From the NCBI GenBank assembly GCA_965207065.1, contig OZ242260.1, positions 224,001 to 288,000 on the forward strand: a stretch of 64,000 nucleotides of DNA. The letters run 5' to 3'. The translations under genes and the position numbers were made by a program. Numbering within the stretch: the first letter of the stretch is position 1; every line of letters starts with the position of its first letter. Below, piece after piece: positions 1-9,360 of the stretch. The notes beneath the pieces are model-generated. The model was not told where the DNA came from. It was given only the letters and a program-made list of their open reading frames with translations, and did not search any database. This stretch comes from a bacterium (lineage in GTDB: Bacteria; UBA8248).

Positions 1-1679
1 CTGCCGGGCGGCCAGCTGAAATCGGGCCACGAACCCATCTTGTAGCCCATCCCGGTGAGCGCGGGGCCTGCGTCGCCCATAAGCCGCGCCTCGGCCTTGG
101 CGCTCGCGGGCTCATAGGCATGGGGCCAGAATGAATTGGGGAAATTGGCTGTGGCCGCCCTCGGCGCTTCGATCGCCATCTGGGGCGGCATGCCGAAGAG
201 CGCGTGGTTCAGGAACACCTGCAGCATGGCCTGGGGCTGGACGTCGCCGCCCGGTGTGCCCAGCGTCATGTAGAACGCGCCGTCCTTGAGCGTGAGGGCG
301 GGGTTCGGCGTGAGCCTCGGCCGCTTCCAGGGTGCTAAGCAGCTCGGGTGCGCCGGGTCGAGCCAGCTTTGGGAGCCGCGCCCCGAGACGGTCGCGCCCA
401 CGCCGGGCACGAAGGGCATTGTGTTCGCGGGGTCCGAAGGCGTGCAGGAAAAGGCGTTTCCCTCCGAATCCACCGCCGTGCAATAGGAGGTATCGTGCTG
501 GTATTCGGCCTCAGAGGCTTGCGGGACCCGGTGCGCGCCATCGTAACGCCACGGGTGCGCGCCCCCCTGGTGCGTCCAGGGGTCTCCGGGTTCGGGCATG
601 TCAGCGAACGCTTTATTCATATCAATCCGCTCCGCCTGCTTTGCGGCGTATTCTGTAGAGAGAAGGCCGTCTATCGGCACGTCCACGAACTCGGGGTCCC
701 CGACATAAGCCTCCCTGTCGGCGAACGCTAGATTGAGCGCGGCCATCAGCGTATGCAGGTAGCCGGGAGAATTGTGGCCCAGGGCCGCGAGGTCGAAGTT
801 CGATACGATGTTCATCGCCTCCAGCAGCGTCGGCCCCTGGCACCACGGGCCGCAGGCGTAGACCTGGTGTCCCAGGAACTCGGTCATTACAGGCTCTTCT
901 TCCAGAACGTGGAAATCGGCCAGGTCGTCCATCGTCATCAGCCCGCCCTCGCGCTGGATGAAATCGACCATCAGGCGGGCCGTCTCCCCGGTGTAGACTT
1001 CATCGCGCGCCGCGCGCACGCCCCCGGCGCGACCGCCGCCCGCCCTTTGCTCCGCGCGCACCATGCGCCGCATCGTCTCGGCCAGGTCGGGATTCCGCAC
1101 CCGCCCGCCCACGGGTATGAGGTCGCCACCCGGAAAATAGACGGGCCGCGTCGATTCCCAGCGGTAGTAGTCTCCTTCCGCCGATTTGATGTGGTCGTAC
1201 ATGAAATGGTGCATGGGGAAACCATCTTGTGCCAGGGAGATGGCGTCCTGGGAGACCTCCGCAAAGCTTTTTGTGCCGTAACGCTCAAGAGCGGTGAGCC
1301 AGGCGTCTATCGCCGCGGGGGTGACGGCGCGCCGGACTCCGGGTGGAATTTCCCCACCGCAGTTTTTCTCGAACCACTCGATAGAGGCCGCCTTGGGCCA
1401 GCGCCCCAGACCGCTGATGGTGAGCACGCGGCGCTCTTTCGCCAGGTAAATCATCGTGGGTGCGACGCCCAGGAACGACACCATGTCGGAGTGCAGGACG
1501 CTCAGGCAGATCCCCGCCGCGACGCCTGCGTCTATCGCGTTTCCGCCTTTTTCCAGAATCCTCAGCCCCGCCTGGCTCGCGTAATGATGGCCGGATGCGA
1601 CCATCGCCTCGCGCGCGCTCACCTGCGGCCTGTGGGCGATGTATTCGCGGCCTTCGGGGGTGGTGTGGCGAAACGCCAT
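1..1679 (-). CDS. ggt: Gamma-glutamyltransferase family protein (3' end runs off the window)
   Basis: Not in the ORF track because it is open at the window edge. Manual translation from ATG 1679 gives MAFRHTTPEGREYIAHRPQVSAREAMVASGHHYASQAGLRILEKGGNAIDAGVAAG..., and LGTPGGDVQPQ occurs near position 250. A GAGGA RBS lies upstream. Confidence 0.9.
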   Translation of the reverse strand, partial: MAFRHTTPEGREYIAHRPQVSAREAMVASGHHYASQAGLRILEKGGNAIDAGVAAGICLSVLHSDMVSFLGVAPTMIYLAKERRVLTISGLGRWPKAASIEWFEKNCGGEIPPGVRRAVTPAAIDAWLTALERYGTKSFAEVSQDAISLAQDGFPMHHFMYDHIKSAEGDYYRWESTRPVYFPGGDLIPVGGRVRNPDLAETMRRMVRAEQRAGGGRAGGVRAARDEVYTGETARLMVDFIQREGGLMTMDDLADFHVLEEEPVMTEFLGHQVYACGPWCQGPTLLEAMNIVSNFDLAALGHNSPGYLHTLMAALNLAFADREAYVGDPEFVDVPIDGLLSTEYAAKQAERIDMNKAFADMPEPGDPWTHQGGAHPWRYDGAHRVPQASEAEYQHDTSYCTAVDSEGNAFSCTPSDPANTMPFVPGVGATVSGRGSQSWLDPAHPSCLAPWKRPRLTPNPALTLKDGAFYMTLGTPGGDVQPQAMLQVFLNHALFGMPPQMAIEAPRAATANFPNSFWPHAYEPASAKAEARLMGDAGPALTGMGYKMGSWPDFSWPPG

Positions 1680-1758
1680 GAAGGGTCCTCCTTAGCCAGG
1701 GGGCATAGAGTAGCCGCCATCTTGCCAGATGTGTTCGGATGAGCGCAAAGAGTCATTC

Positions 1759-1931
1759 CCGACCGAAGAGGGGCTGTTAAAAAAGTCTTTTCCCAGGGAA
1801 TACCCCCCCCTACCCCCCTTGTCAGGGGTCAAACGCGAGTGAGGAACGAGCGTTTGCATATGCCATTGACGAGAAACACATCGGCTCGCAAAACCTCCCT
1901 CTTCGGTCGGTTTTGACCCTGACAAGGGGGG
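1759..1931. repeat. Intergenic repeat cluster: two interleaved inverted-repeat pairs plus an IS-end-like motif
   Basis: CCGACCGAAGAGGG (1759-1772) pairs with 1897-1910. CCCCCCTTGTCAGGGGTCAAA (1813-1833) pairs with 1912-1931 with one bulge. GGGGCTGTTAAAAAAGTC lies at 1770-1787. Confidence 0.75.
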
Positions 1932-1951
1932 GTGCCTTTCAAAGCGAGAGC

Positions 1952-2854
1952 CTACGCCATCGCTTGCTCCACGAAGCGCATATCCACGGCCTGCTCGTAT
2001 GAGACGCCGGTTCCGATCAGCCCGCCGCTCAGGCATGCGGCACGCAGCCACTCGAAACTCTCCTTCGCGAGGCGGGGGTTCCGGTTCCAGAGGCCAAGGC
2101 TCTTGTAGCGCGCAATCGCCGCCGCGAGAAGATCAAAATCCATATCCTCGAACCAGGACTTCACGAGGCGGGCGACGGCCTCCGCATCGTTCTCCGCGAG
2201 CCAGCGCTCGGTCCTCAGTATGGCGCGCGTCATGCCGAGGGCGGATTCTGGCTGCTCCCTCAAAAACGAGGCCGGCGCGTAGAACGCCGTATAGGTCGTG
2301 AGTCCCCGCTCCGCCGCCTGATACCAGATGTGGCCCGCGCCTTCTCGGATCAACTCCTCGGCGAATGGCTGAAACACCTGGATGACGTCCACCTCGCCCG
2401 CGCGCAGGGCTTCTGCGTTTTCGCCCATCGTACGATCCGGGATTCTCTCCAGCGCCGCCGGGTCGAGCCCCGCCAATTGCAGGTCGTGCTGCAGGCACAT
2501 CCAGGGAGTGGGCACCTCGCTCACCGTGGCGACTTTAGGTCCCATCAGCTCGCCCATCCGGAACACCGGGTTCGGTTCGCGCCCAATCAGGAAAAACGGG
2601 TCGCGGCAGACGACCTCGCAGAACACCTTGAGGTCGCACTCGGGGTTTTTGTCATACGCCACCAGGACGCGCATGGGCCCGCCCCAGCTCACCTGCGCCT
2701 CACCGGACATGAGCAACTCCGCGTTCCGGGCGGGATCGGGCGAGGTTTCGATACGAACGTCGGCGCCCTCCTCCTCATAGGCCCCCAGCGAGAAGGCGGC
2801 GTAGAACGGCGTGTAGAAAACGGCTCTGAAATTCTCCAGCAGCGTGATGCTCAC
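1952..2854 (-). CDS. ABC transporter substrate-binding protein, NMT1/THI5-like
   Basis: ENFRAVFYTPFYAA, SWGGPMR and RDPFFLIGR motifs; GTG start with GAGGAGG RBS. Confidence 0.8.
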   Translation of the reverse strand: MSITLLENFRAVFYTPFYAAFSLGAYEEEGADVRIETSPDPARNAELLMSGEAQVSWGGPMRVLVAYDKNPECDLKVFCEVVCRDPFFLIGREPNPVFRMGELMGPKVATVSEVPTPWMCLQHDLQLAGLDPAALERIPDRTMGENAEALRAGEVDVIQVFQPFAEELIREGAGHIWYQAAERGLTTYTAFYAPASFLREQPESALGMTRAILRTERWLAENDAEAVARLVKSWFEDMDFDLLAAAIARYKSLGLWNRNPRLAKESFEWLRAACLSGGLIGTGVSYEQAVDMRFVEQAMA

Positions 2855-2864
2855 GTAAACCTCC

Positions 2865-4088
2865 TCAAAGAATCGGCGTTATGGTTTTCGACATCAGTTC
2901 GCGCTCGTCTATCCCGAACACATCCGACAGCCAGTCGGCGAGTACCTCCTGCCCGATGGTGGGATTGTCGTGCTGGCAGTGGTCGGCGCCCGTCTCCTCC
3001 TCGTCGACGAGCCTGAGCGTCACGTCCACCCCCGCCGTCTGGGCAGCATCATACACCTTGCGCGCCTGGGCCACGCCGAGCACGTCGTATCCCCCGTGGA
3101 CGATGAGGTATGGACACTCCATCCGCCCGATGTGTCCTTCCAGCGTAAAGGGCGCGAGCTTCTCGACGGCTTCTCTCATGCTCGCGGCCCCGAACACCCA
3201 CTTGATGGAATCGGCGAGGCGGTGATCCTCGTCCGCGTCGCGCCATGTATCATACAGGCTCCACCCGGCGGTGTGGGAGAGCGCGGCGGCGAGCCTGTGC
3301 TCGTAGCAGGCCGCCCGGGCGGCGAAATGGCCCCCGATTCCCCCGCCGCAGACGGCGATGCGCGAGGCGTCCACGTCTCCCCTCGCCTCCAGATAGTCGA
3401 TGCAGCGGCCCACGGGCGCCTCGTAGTCGTGGCGGCAGGTGATGCCCCCTCTCCTGAGCGTGCCGCCCTGGCCGGGGCCGTCGATCATCAGGACCGATAT
3501 GCCGCGCTGCAGGAACCCCCGCCCCGCCATGAACCACATCTCATCCTTATAGGCGTCCAGGCCGCCGAAGCTGATGACGGCGGGCTGCCTTTCCACCCAA
3601 AAGGGCGCAGGCACGATATAGGCGTCCAGATGCGCGCCGTTCTCATAGGGAACCCGCACCACCTCGCCGGGAGGTGTGAGATGGGCGAGAAACGCCTTGG
3701 AACACGCCTCCACCTTCTCGAAGGTCTCTAGCCGGCGCGGATCGTCAGACTCCAGCCAGAACTCCGCACTCCGGTAGTAATCCGCCGCGCGCAGCCAGCA
3801 GTTGCGCGCCGTCTGGATGCGCCCCGCGGCGGCGGCCTCATCCCCTCTCGCGCGGTTGCGCTCGCCCACGCGCGTCCACTCCACATACCAGCTCTCGTTG
3901 TCGCCGGGCGTCATGCGGCTCGCGGCCTGGAAGCACTCGCTCACCGAGCCGCCGCCCTCCTGCGTCTCGCCCAGGGCGCGCCTGAATTGATAGGACATCC
4001 AGGGATGCTCGGGCCAGTGGTGCCAGCCGTAGGGTTCGTAGTGCGCTCCCCGGGATTCGTCGATCCGGTCGATCGCTTTCTCTTCCAT
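2865..4088 (-). CDS. Alpha/beta hydrolase (2,6-dihydroxypseudooxynicotine hydrolase / FrsA-like) with nucleophile Ser replaced by Gly
   Basis: GGLDAYKDE, DGPGQG and GADHCQHDN motifs; the nucleophile elbow reads CGGGIGG. Confidence 0.8.
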   Translation of the reverse strand: MEEKAIDRIDESRGAHYEPYGWHHWPEHPWMSYQFRRALGETQEGGGSVSECFQAASRMTPGDNESWYVEWTRVGERNRARGDEAAAAGRIQTARNCWLRAADYYRSAEFWLESDDPRRLETFEKVEACSKAFLAHLTPPGEVVRVPYENGAHLDAYIVPAPFWVERQPAVISFGGLDAYKDEMWFMAGRGFLQRGISVLMIDGPGQGGTLRRGGITCRHDYEAPVGRCIDYLEARGDVDASRIAVCGGGIGGHFAARAACYEHRLAAALSHTAGWSLYDTWRDADEDHRLADSIKWVFGAASMREAVEKLAPFTLEGHIGRMECPYLIVHGGYDVLGVAQARKVYDAAQTAGVDVTLRLVDEEETGADHCQHDNPTIGQEVLADWLSDVFGIDERELMSKTITPIL

Positions 4089-4249
4089 GAGAAAACCCTC
4101 CCCGTTAGTCTGCCTGAATGGTGGAGCGTCCGCCCGGTCAAGGGATGGAAGAATCTACCCCCGCGCGAGCGGAAGTGAAATCAGATGGTGAGTGATGATC
4201 CCCGGCCCTTGTTCGAACCACAAAGCCGCCCTCGAACCCGCCAACTCCC

Positions 4250-6223
4250 CTATGCGGAAGCGGCTCCTCCGGCCACCGGGGCGGGCGTGGGCTCTCCCTC
4301 CTCGGCGAGGCGTCTTCTCTGCAGGATGAAAACCGCGCCCAGCATAATCGCGCCCGCCAGGTGGTTCAGGTAGCCCGGCCAGAACAGGAGGCCCGCAGCC
4401 AGGAACAAGTACCCGCGCATCGGGGTCGAGAAGCGGAAATACATGAACCCGACCATACCGGCGGCCAAAGCCTGGAAGCCGAGAAGCCCCGCGGCGAAAG
4501 TTTCGAGCGAGAGCCAGGGCTGGCGGATGAGCAGAATCGGCGTGAATGCGAACATCAGCGGCAGGATGTACATGCCCTTCGCCGTGCGGAAAGACGCCCA
4601 GGCCGCCTTCGCCGGGTTGGCGTCCGCTATGCCCGCCGCCGTATAGGCGGGCACGCATACAGGGGGCGTGAAGCAACTGTCCAGGCTGTACCAGAAAACG
4701 ATGAGATGGGCCGAGAGCAGCGAGAGCTTGAACGGCTCCCCGAGTTCCAGTAGCGCGGGCACGGCCATGACGGACAAGACGATGTAGGCCGCGCTCGTCG
4801 GCAGGCCCATGCCCAGCACGAATGAGGCAATGCCCACCAGGAGGATTCCCAGGAACAAGCTGTCGTTCGCCAGATTCGTGACCAAAGAGGAGAACTTTAG
4901 CCCCAGGCCGGTCTGGAACAGCGCCCCCATGATGAGGCCCACCGCGCCCACCGCCGCGCATATGGGCAGCGACTGAATGGCGCCCTTCTCGAGCGCGAGG
5001 ACGATGTTCCAAAGCCCGCGGCCGATTTCGCTCACTACTTCCGATACGCTCGTGCCCTCTCTTCTTGCTTTTTCCAGCAAGACGAGGGCGCCCTTGAGGC
5101 CCGCCAGGAGCACGACGGAGAGAATACCGACAAGGCCCGCGTAGGGCACCGGTCTCCCCGTCATGAGGATCGCCAGAATCACGATGGGGGGCAGAAGGTA
5201 GAACCACCCGTCCTTCATGATGGGTCCCAGGGGAGGTATCAAATCCCTGGGCATGCCGACCAGGCCCTCTTTTCTCGCTTCTAAGTGCACAGTCGCGTAG
5301 ACGGAGAAGAAGTACAAAACGGCCGGCAGAATCGAAACCTTCACGATTTCCCAATACGAAATGCCGGTGAACTCCACGATCAGAAACGCCGACGCCCCCA
5401 TGATGGGCGGCATGATTTGGCCTCCCGTAGAAGCCGCCGTCTCGATGGCCGCCGCCATCTCGGGCCTGAAGCCTGTGCGCTTCATCATCGGGATGGTGAA
5501 CGAACCCGTGGTAACCACATTCGCGTTCGCGCTGCCCATGATGGTGCCCGTCATGGCGCTGGCGAAAACCGCCGCCTTCGCCGGCCCGCCGCGCAGCCTG
5601 CCCGCGGCCGACATGGAGAGTTTCACATAGAAATCCGCTGCCCCCATGCGGTCGAGAAACGCGCCGAAGAGGATGAACAGGAAGATATAGACCGAAAAAA
5701 CGCTCAAAGGCGCCGTCCACAGGCCGTCGTAGGTCATGTACTGATGGTCCACGATGTGCATGTAGGTTGCCCCTTTGTGCGCAAGAAACCCGGGGAAATA
5801 GGGGCCGAAATACGAATAAACGATGAAGAATAGCGATATCACGGGGAGCGCCAGGTTGATGGTCCTGCGCGCAGCCTCGAAGGCGAGCACCAGAACTACC
5901 GAACCCAGTATCAGATCCATGGTTTCGAGCGGTTCAACGAAATGCAGACGATTCAGGTAATAGTCGATGCGCAGTATCGGGTAAGAGATGGAGGCGACCG
6001 CCAGGAGGCAGACGGCGGCCGTAACAACGGCGCGCCACCCGCCTCCCGCAGGTTTTCTGTAGACGATGAAAATCAGGGTCATCCCGAAGAGGTACGAGAG
6101 CGCCCTCTGGGTAAGCGGCTCATAACCTCCCGTGTAGGCCACCTGGATGTGAAACCAGGACATACCGACGGCTATCGCCAGGACAAGCCAATCCAGAGGG
6201 GTTCTTTCCTGTATATCGTTCAC
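4250..6223 (-). CDS. TRAP transporter fused 4TM/12TM permease (TAXI type)
   Basis: GGPAKAAV, ASTGGQIMPPIMGA and LGMGLPTSAAY motifs; highly hydrophobic. Confidence 0.92.
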   Translation of the reverse strand: MNDIQERTPLDWLVLAIAVGMSWFHIQVAYTGGYEPLTQRALSYLFGMTLIFIVYRKPAGGGWRAVVTAAVCLLAVASISYPILRIDYYLNRLHFVEPLETMDLILGSVVLVLAFEAARRTINLALPVISLFFIVYSYFGPYFPGFLAHKGATYMHIVDHQYMTYDGLWTAPLSVFSVYIFLFILFGAFLDRMGAADFYVKLSMSAAGRLRGGPAKAAVFASAMTGTIMGSANANVVTTGSFTIPMMKRTGFRPEMAAAIETAASTGGQIMPPIMGASAFLIVEFTGISYWEIVKVSILPAVLYFFSVYATVHLEARKEGLVGMPRDLIPPLGPIMKDGWFYLLPPIVILAILMTGRPVPYAGLVGILSVVLLAGLKGALVLLEKARREGTSVSEVVSEIGRGLWNIVLALEKGAIQSLPICAAVGAVGLIMGALFQTGLGLKFSSLVTNLANDSLFLGILLVGIASFVLGMGLPTSAAYIVLSVMAVPALLELGEPFKLSLLSAHLIVFWYSLDSCFTPPVCVPAYTAAGIADANPAKAAWASFRTAKGMYILPLMFAFTPILLIRQPWLSLETFAAGLLGFQALAAGMVGFMYFRFSTPMRGYLFLAAGLLFWPGYLNHLAGAIMLGAVFILQRRRLAEEGEPTPAPVAGGAASA

Positions 6224-6249
6224 GCTCTCGCCTCTTTATCGGGGATGGG

Positions 6250-7233
6250 TTACATCGAGCCCCCGATTTCCTTGTAGAAGCGCTTGGCGCCTTCATGCAG
6301 CGGCACTCCGAGATGCATTCCCGCCTTCTTGGGGTCCCAACTCTTGTAGATCTTGTGAACGCCGCCGAGGAACTTCCTCTCCTGACTCGCTATCTTGAGG
6401 ATCGAGTAAACCACGTCGGCGCTCATCTTGGTCGTCGTGAGCAGCACGCCGAAAAGCCCCATCGATTCCTTGGGCTTGGGGTTGCCCCTGTACATGCCGC
6501 CCGGAATCTGGCAGGACGTGAAGCCGTTGCCCGCCAGCATTTTTTTCACGTCATCGGACATGTCCAGGAACACGAGATTGCGGCCCAGAGCCGCCTGGAT
6601 GCCCGCGCCGTTGGGGTCGCCAGAGTTGTGGAAGTAGAAATCGAGCTGTCTCGCTTTAATCGCGCGCGACATGCCGTTAACACCCGCGAAATTGAGTTTG
6701 TAACCACGTTCCCTGAGTTGCTTGTAGTTCGTCTTGTAATGCTTGACGATCAGGCTTCCCACGTACTCCGTGCTGGTTCCCTTCTTGGCCACACCTACCT
6801 TGAGCGGCGTTTTCGACTTGATGATGTCGCCCCAGGTCTTGATGCCGGAGTCGTAGAGTTCCTTGGAGGCGTACTGGTGGTAGCACGAAGGCCAGAAGCT
6901 GGCGATGCCCCGGAGGGTCTTATAGGACTTCTTGAATGGGGTCTTGCCTGCCATGGCGGCGCCGGCGAAGTTCGAGAAGGTATAGCCGAAGTCGGCGCCT
7001 CCTCCTCCCACGCGGGCCGGGTTCGCCCGTCCGCCGCCGGGCACCACGCTTAGGATAACCTTTTTCTGTTTCCTGTTGACGATTTCGCTGAGGCCCGCGC
7101 CCAGCCTGCCCATCGTGCCGCCCAGGCTGCCGACCGCGACGTCGTACTTCGCGGGCGCGGCGTAGGCGTCGCCTAGCGTCAGAAACGGCAGGGTCAAAGC
7201 CAGAATTCCGAACATCATGATGATTCTTTTCAT
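6250..7233 (-). CDS. TAXI family TRAP solute-binding protein
   Basis: Signal peptide MKRIIMMFGILAL...AYA, IPGGMY, C-terminal VPLHEGAKRFYKE; adjacent to the permease. Start moved to ATG 7233 (GGAGAGG RBS). Confidence 0.88.
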   Translation of the reverse strand: MKRIIMMFGILALTLPFLTLGDAYAAPAKYDVAVGSLGGTMGRLGAGLSEIVNRKQKKVILSVVPGGGRANPARVGGGGADFGYTFSNFAGAAMAGKTPFKKSYKTLRGIASFWPSCYHQYASKELYDSGIKTWGDIIKSKTPLKVGVAKKGTSTEYVGSLIVKHYKTNYKQLRERGYKLNFAGVNGMSRAIKARQLDFYFHNSGDPNGAGIQAALGRNLVFLDMSDDVKKMLAGNGFTSCQIPGGMYRGNPKPKESMGLFGVLLTTTKMSADVVYSILKIASQERKFLGGVHKIYKSWDPKKAGMHLGVPLHEGAKRFYKEIGGSM

Positions 7234-7374
7234 TTTTCCTCTCCCTGATGAAGTGACGTAAAACGTAAAGTCACATGAATCGAACAACCCTCGCTCATCA
7301 AGACACATTTCACTGAGAACAAACCGGCTCGCTGCGTTCTCAATGAGCGCTCTTTTCTGTATGCTTGCGGCTGA

Positions 7375-7404
7375 ATCTTACAGACGGGAGCGTTCCGCTG
7401 TCAA
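7375..7404 (-). promoter_or_regulatory. Putative sigma70 promoter for the TAXI operon with an operator-like palindrome in the spacer
   Basis: Minus strand TTGACA-N18-TAAGAT; the spacer contains GGAGCGTTCC (7387-7396). Confidence 0.5.
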
Positions 7405-7490
7405 TGAAACTTGAGGACTCAAACGAGCGTTTCCGTCTCGATATCCGGAACGACCCGTAAAAACCGTTTTCTTCGACAAGGAGCCGTAAC

Positions 7491-7841
7491 ATGCCGTTTT
7501 ACCGTTGGGACGAAATGAAGCGAAAAAATCTGGCGAGGCCGTCCGATTCAGAGGGCAGCATCATCATCGGCGAGCACGTCACCCTGAACCGTTCGGTGAG
7601 CCAGCCGGGCAAGCTGGCCCGCCCGCATACGCACGACTGCGAGCAGTTGATCAACGTCGTCGAGGGGACGGCCTGGTTCCGGGTGGGCGATGAGGCGAAA
7701 ACCGTCACCGCGGGCGACATCATCCATGTTCCCGAAGGCACCGAGCACGAGTTCAAGAACGATAGCGACGGCGAATTCATCTACCTCTCGTTCAAGAACA
7801 AATCGGAGGGCTGGCCCCCGCCGACCGCGACGATGGACTAG
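7491..7841 (+). CDS. Cupin domain protein
   Basis: PHTHDCEQ...VEG and GDIIHVPEGTEH cupin motifs; AAGGAG RBS. Confidence 0.88.
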   Translation: MPFYRWDEMKRKNLARPSDSEGSIIIGEHVTLNRSVSQPGKLARPHTHDCEQLINVVEGTAWFRVGDEAKTVTAGDIIHVPEGTEHEFKNDSDGEFIYLSFKNKSEGWPPPTATMD

Positions 7842-8968
7842 CTTCTCGCCTTAAGGCCCGCGTGAAGCTCCTCGGGATCAATGGGCAGCTTCACGACTTC
7901 CTTGCGCTTGGCGGATAGGTCGCACGCCATGCAGAGCATGAGGTTGCGGTGTCCCTCCGCCCCCGTGGCGTGGGGCATGTCCGTTCCCGTATAGACGTGC
8001 GCGAGCCAGGCGATGGACTCATCGCGCATGGGGCCCCAGAACTGCCCTTTGGACATATCTCCCGCCGGGTAGCTCTCGAGCAGGTGTACGTTGCGCTCCT
8101 CCCCCCGGTGGGAGGCCAGCGGGTTCTCGGACGCCATGATGAAATCGGCATGGGTGTCGTCGATGGTGAGCGCGCCGTCGGTTCCCACCACGCTGATGGT
8201 CACGCCGTACGTCGAGGCGGGCCAGATGGTGGGCATCCCCCAGTTGCACTCCATGCTCCAGATGGTCCCGTCGTCGAAGGTGAAGATGCTGAAGGTGGCG
8301 TCCTGCGTGCCGATGCCCGTCATCACGCGCGAGATGGAGCGCGAGACGACCTCGACGGGCTGCTTCTCAGGCCCCATCACGAACAGCATGACGTCCAGCG
8401 CATGGGTGCCGGAGATCACCATGGGCGTGAGCATGGAGCGGTCCTCGTTCTTGGACAGCCGCGTGATGCCGACCTGGCGGTTCAGCAGCGCGCGCGTCGT
8501 CGCGGAGGTCACCTCGCCCAATACCCCCGACTGCACGTGCTCGCGCGCCGTGAGCCAGCGCCTCCTGAAGCGCTGGGTGTAGCCCACGAGCAACTCCACG
8601 CCCGCAGCCTCCGCCGCCTCCACGATTTTCGCCGATTCCACCACGCTCGTGGCCAGCGGTTTTTCCACTAGTATTTTGTGGCCCTGCGCTATCGATTCCC
8701 AGAGCGGCTTCGCGTGCCATTCCTCATCCGTGGCGATGATGACGGCGTTTACCTCGGGACGCTTAATGAGTTCGGCGAAATCGGTCGTGAAAAAATCGGC
8801 CCCGAACTCCTCGGCCATGGCCTTTCCTTTTTTCTCGTCGATGTCGCAGCAGCCCAGCCACTCCGTGCCCGGATACTCCCTGGCGCAGCGCGCGCGAATG
8901 CGCCCCACCCGCCCGCAGCCGACTATCGCCAGACCAATCGGATTCTTCTCACCTCCCAAAGCCGCCAT
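7838..8968 (-). CDS. Gfo/Idh/MocA family oxidoreductase
   Basis: IVGCGRVG Rossmann motif, VEKPLA and GYTQRF. Confidence 0.9.
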   Translation of the reverse strand: MAALGGEKNPIGLAIVGCGRVGRIRARCAREYPGTEWLGCCDIDEKKGKAMAEEFGADFFTTDFAELIKRPEVNAVIIATDEEWHAKPLWESIAQGHKILVEKPLATSVVESAKIVEAAEAAGVELLVGYTQRFRRRWLTAREHVQSGVLGEVTSATTRALLNRQVGITRLSKNEDRSMLTPMVISGTHALDVMLFVMGPEKQPVEVVSRSISRVMTGIGTQDATFSIFTFDDGTIWSMECNWGMPTIWPASTYGVTISVVGTDGALTIDDTHADFIMASENPLASHRGEERNVHLLESYPAGDMSKGQFWGPMRDESIAWLAHVYTGTDMPHATGAEGHRNLMLCMACDLSAKRKEVVKLPIDPEELHAGLKARS

Positions 8969-9148
8969 CTTCTTCTCCCGTTAAGTCATCGTGACGTAAA
9001 AAATGCGCCGGAGCCCGGCCCGACGCCTTTTGGATTCCCCTTCATACCAGTTTCAGGGAATGGGCGCATCTTTAGTACGAGCCTTTGTAAGGAGCGATAT
9101 TCCGACGATGGGAGGACTTGCGCCTTCGCAACAAACAGGAAATCTCGC

Positions 9149-9267
9149 CGTAGGGACAGGTCGCGACCTGTCCTTACGAGGCTGTGCGGCTTCGTTCGTA
9201 ATCCCGGCGAAAGGCGAAATTACGGCGCTGGTCAATTCCGAGCGAGGAGGGGTTTTTCAACAACCTC
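9149..9267. repeat. Composite REP/MITE-like element
   Basis: GTAG-type palindrome GTAGGGACAGGTCGCGACCTGTCCTTAC (9150-9177). 9149-9221 resembles the reverse complement of 25221-25293, and 9216-9267 resembles 23240-23291. Confidence 0.8.
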
Positions 9268-9360
9268 GAAAAAGGAGCGTTTGACGAGCGAGGACAGGGA
9301 TTTGTAGATGCGGACCTGACGGCCTCATCCTTGAGAGAACCTGCGGGGAGCGGCGTCCGC

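Noticed and set aside
9003-9284. Small ORFs with shared peptide motifs (also 23063-23341, 24876-25304, and the N-terminus of 19778-21076)
   Set aside because: The similarity comes from translated REP/MITE DNA, not from a protein family.
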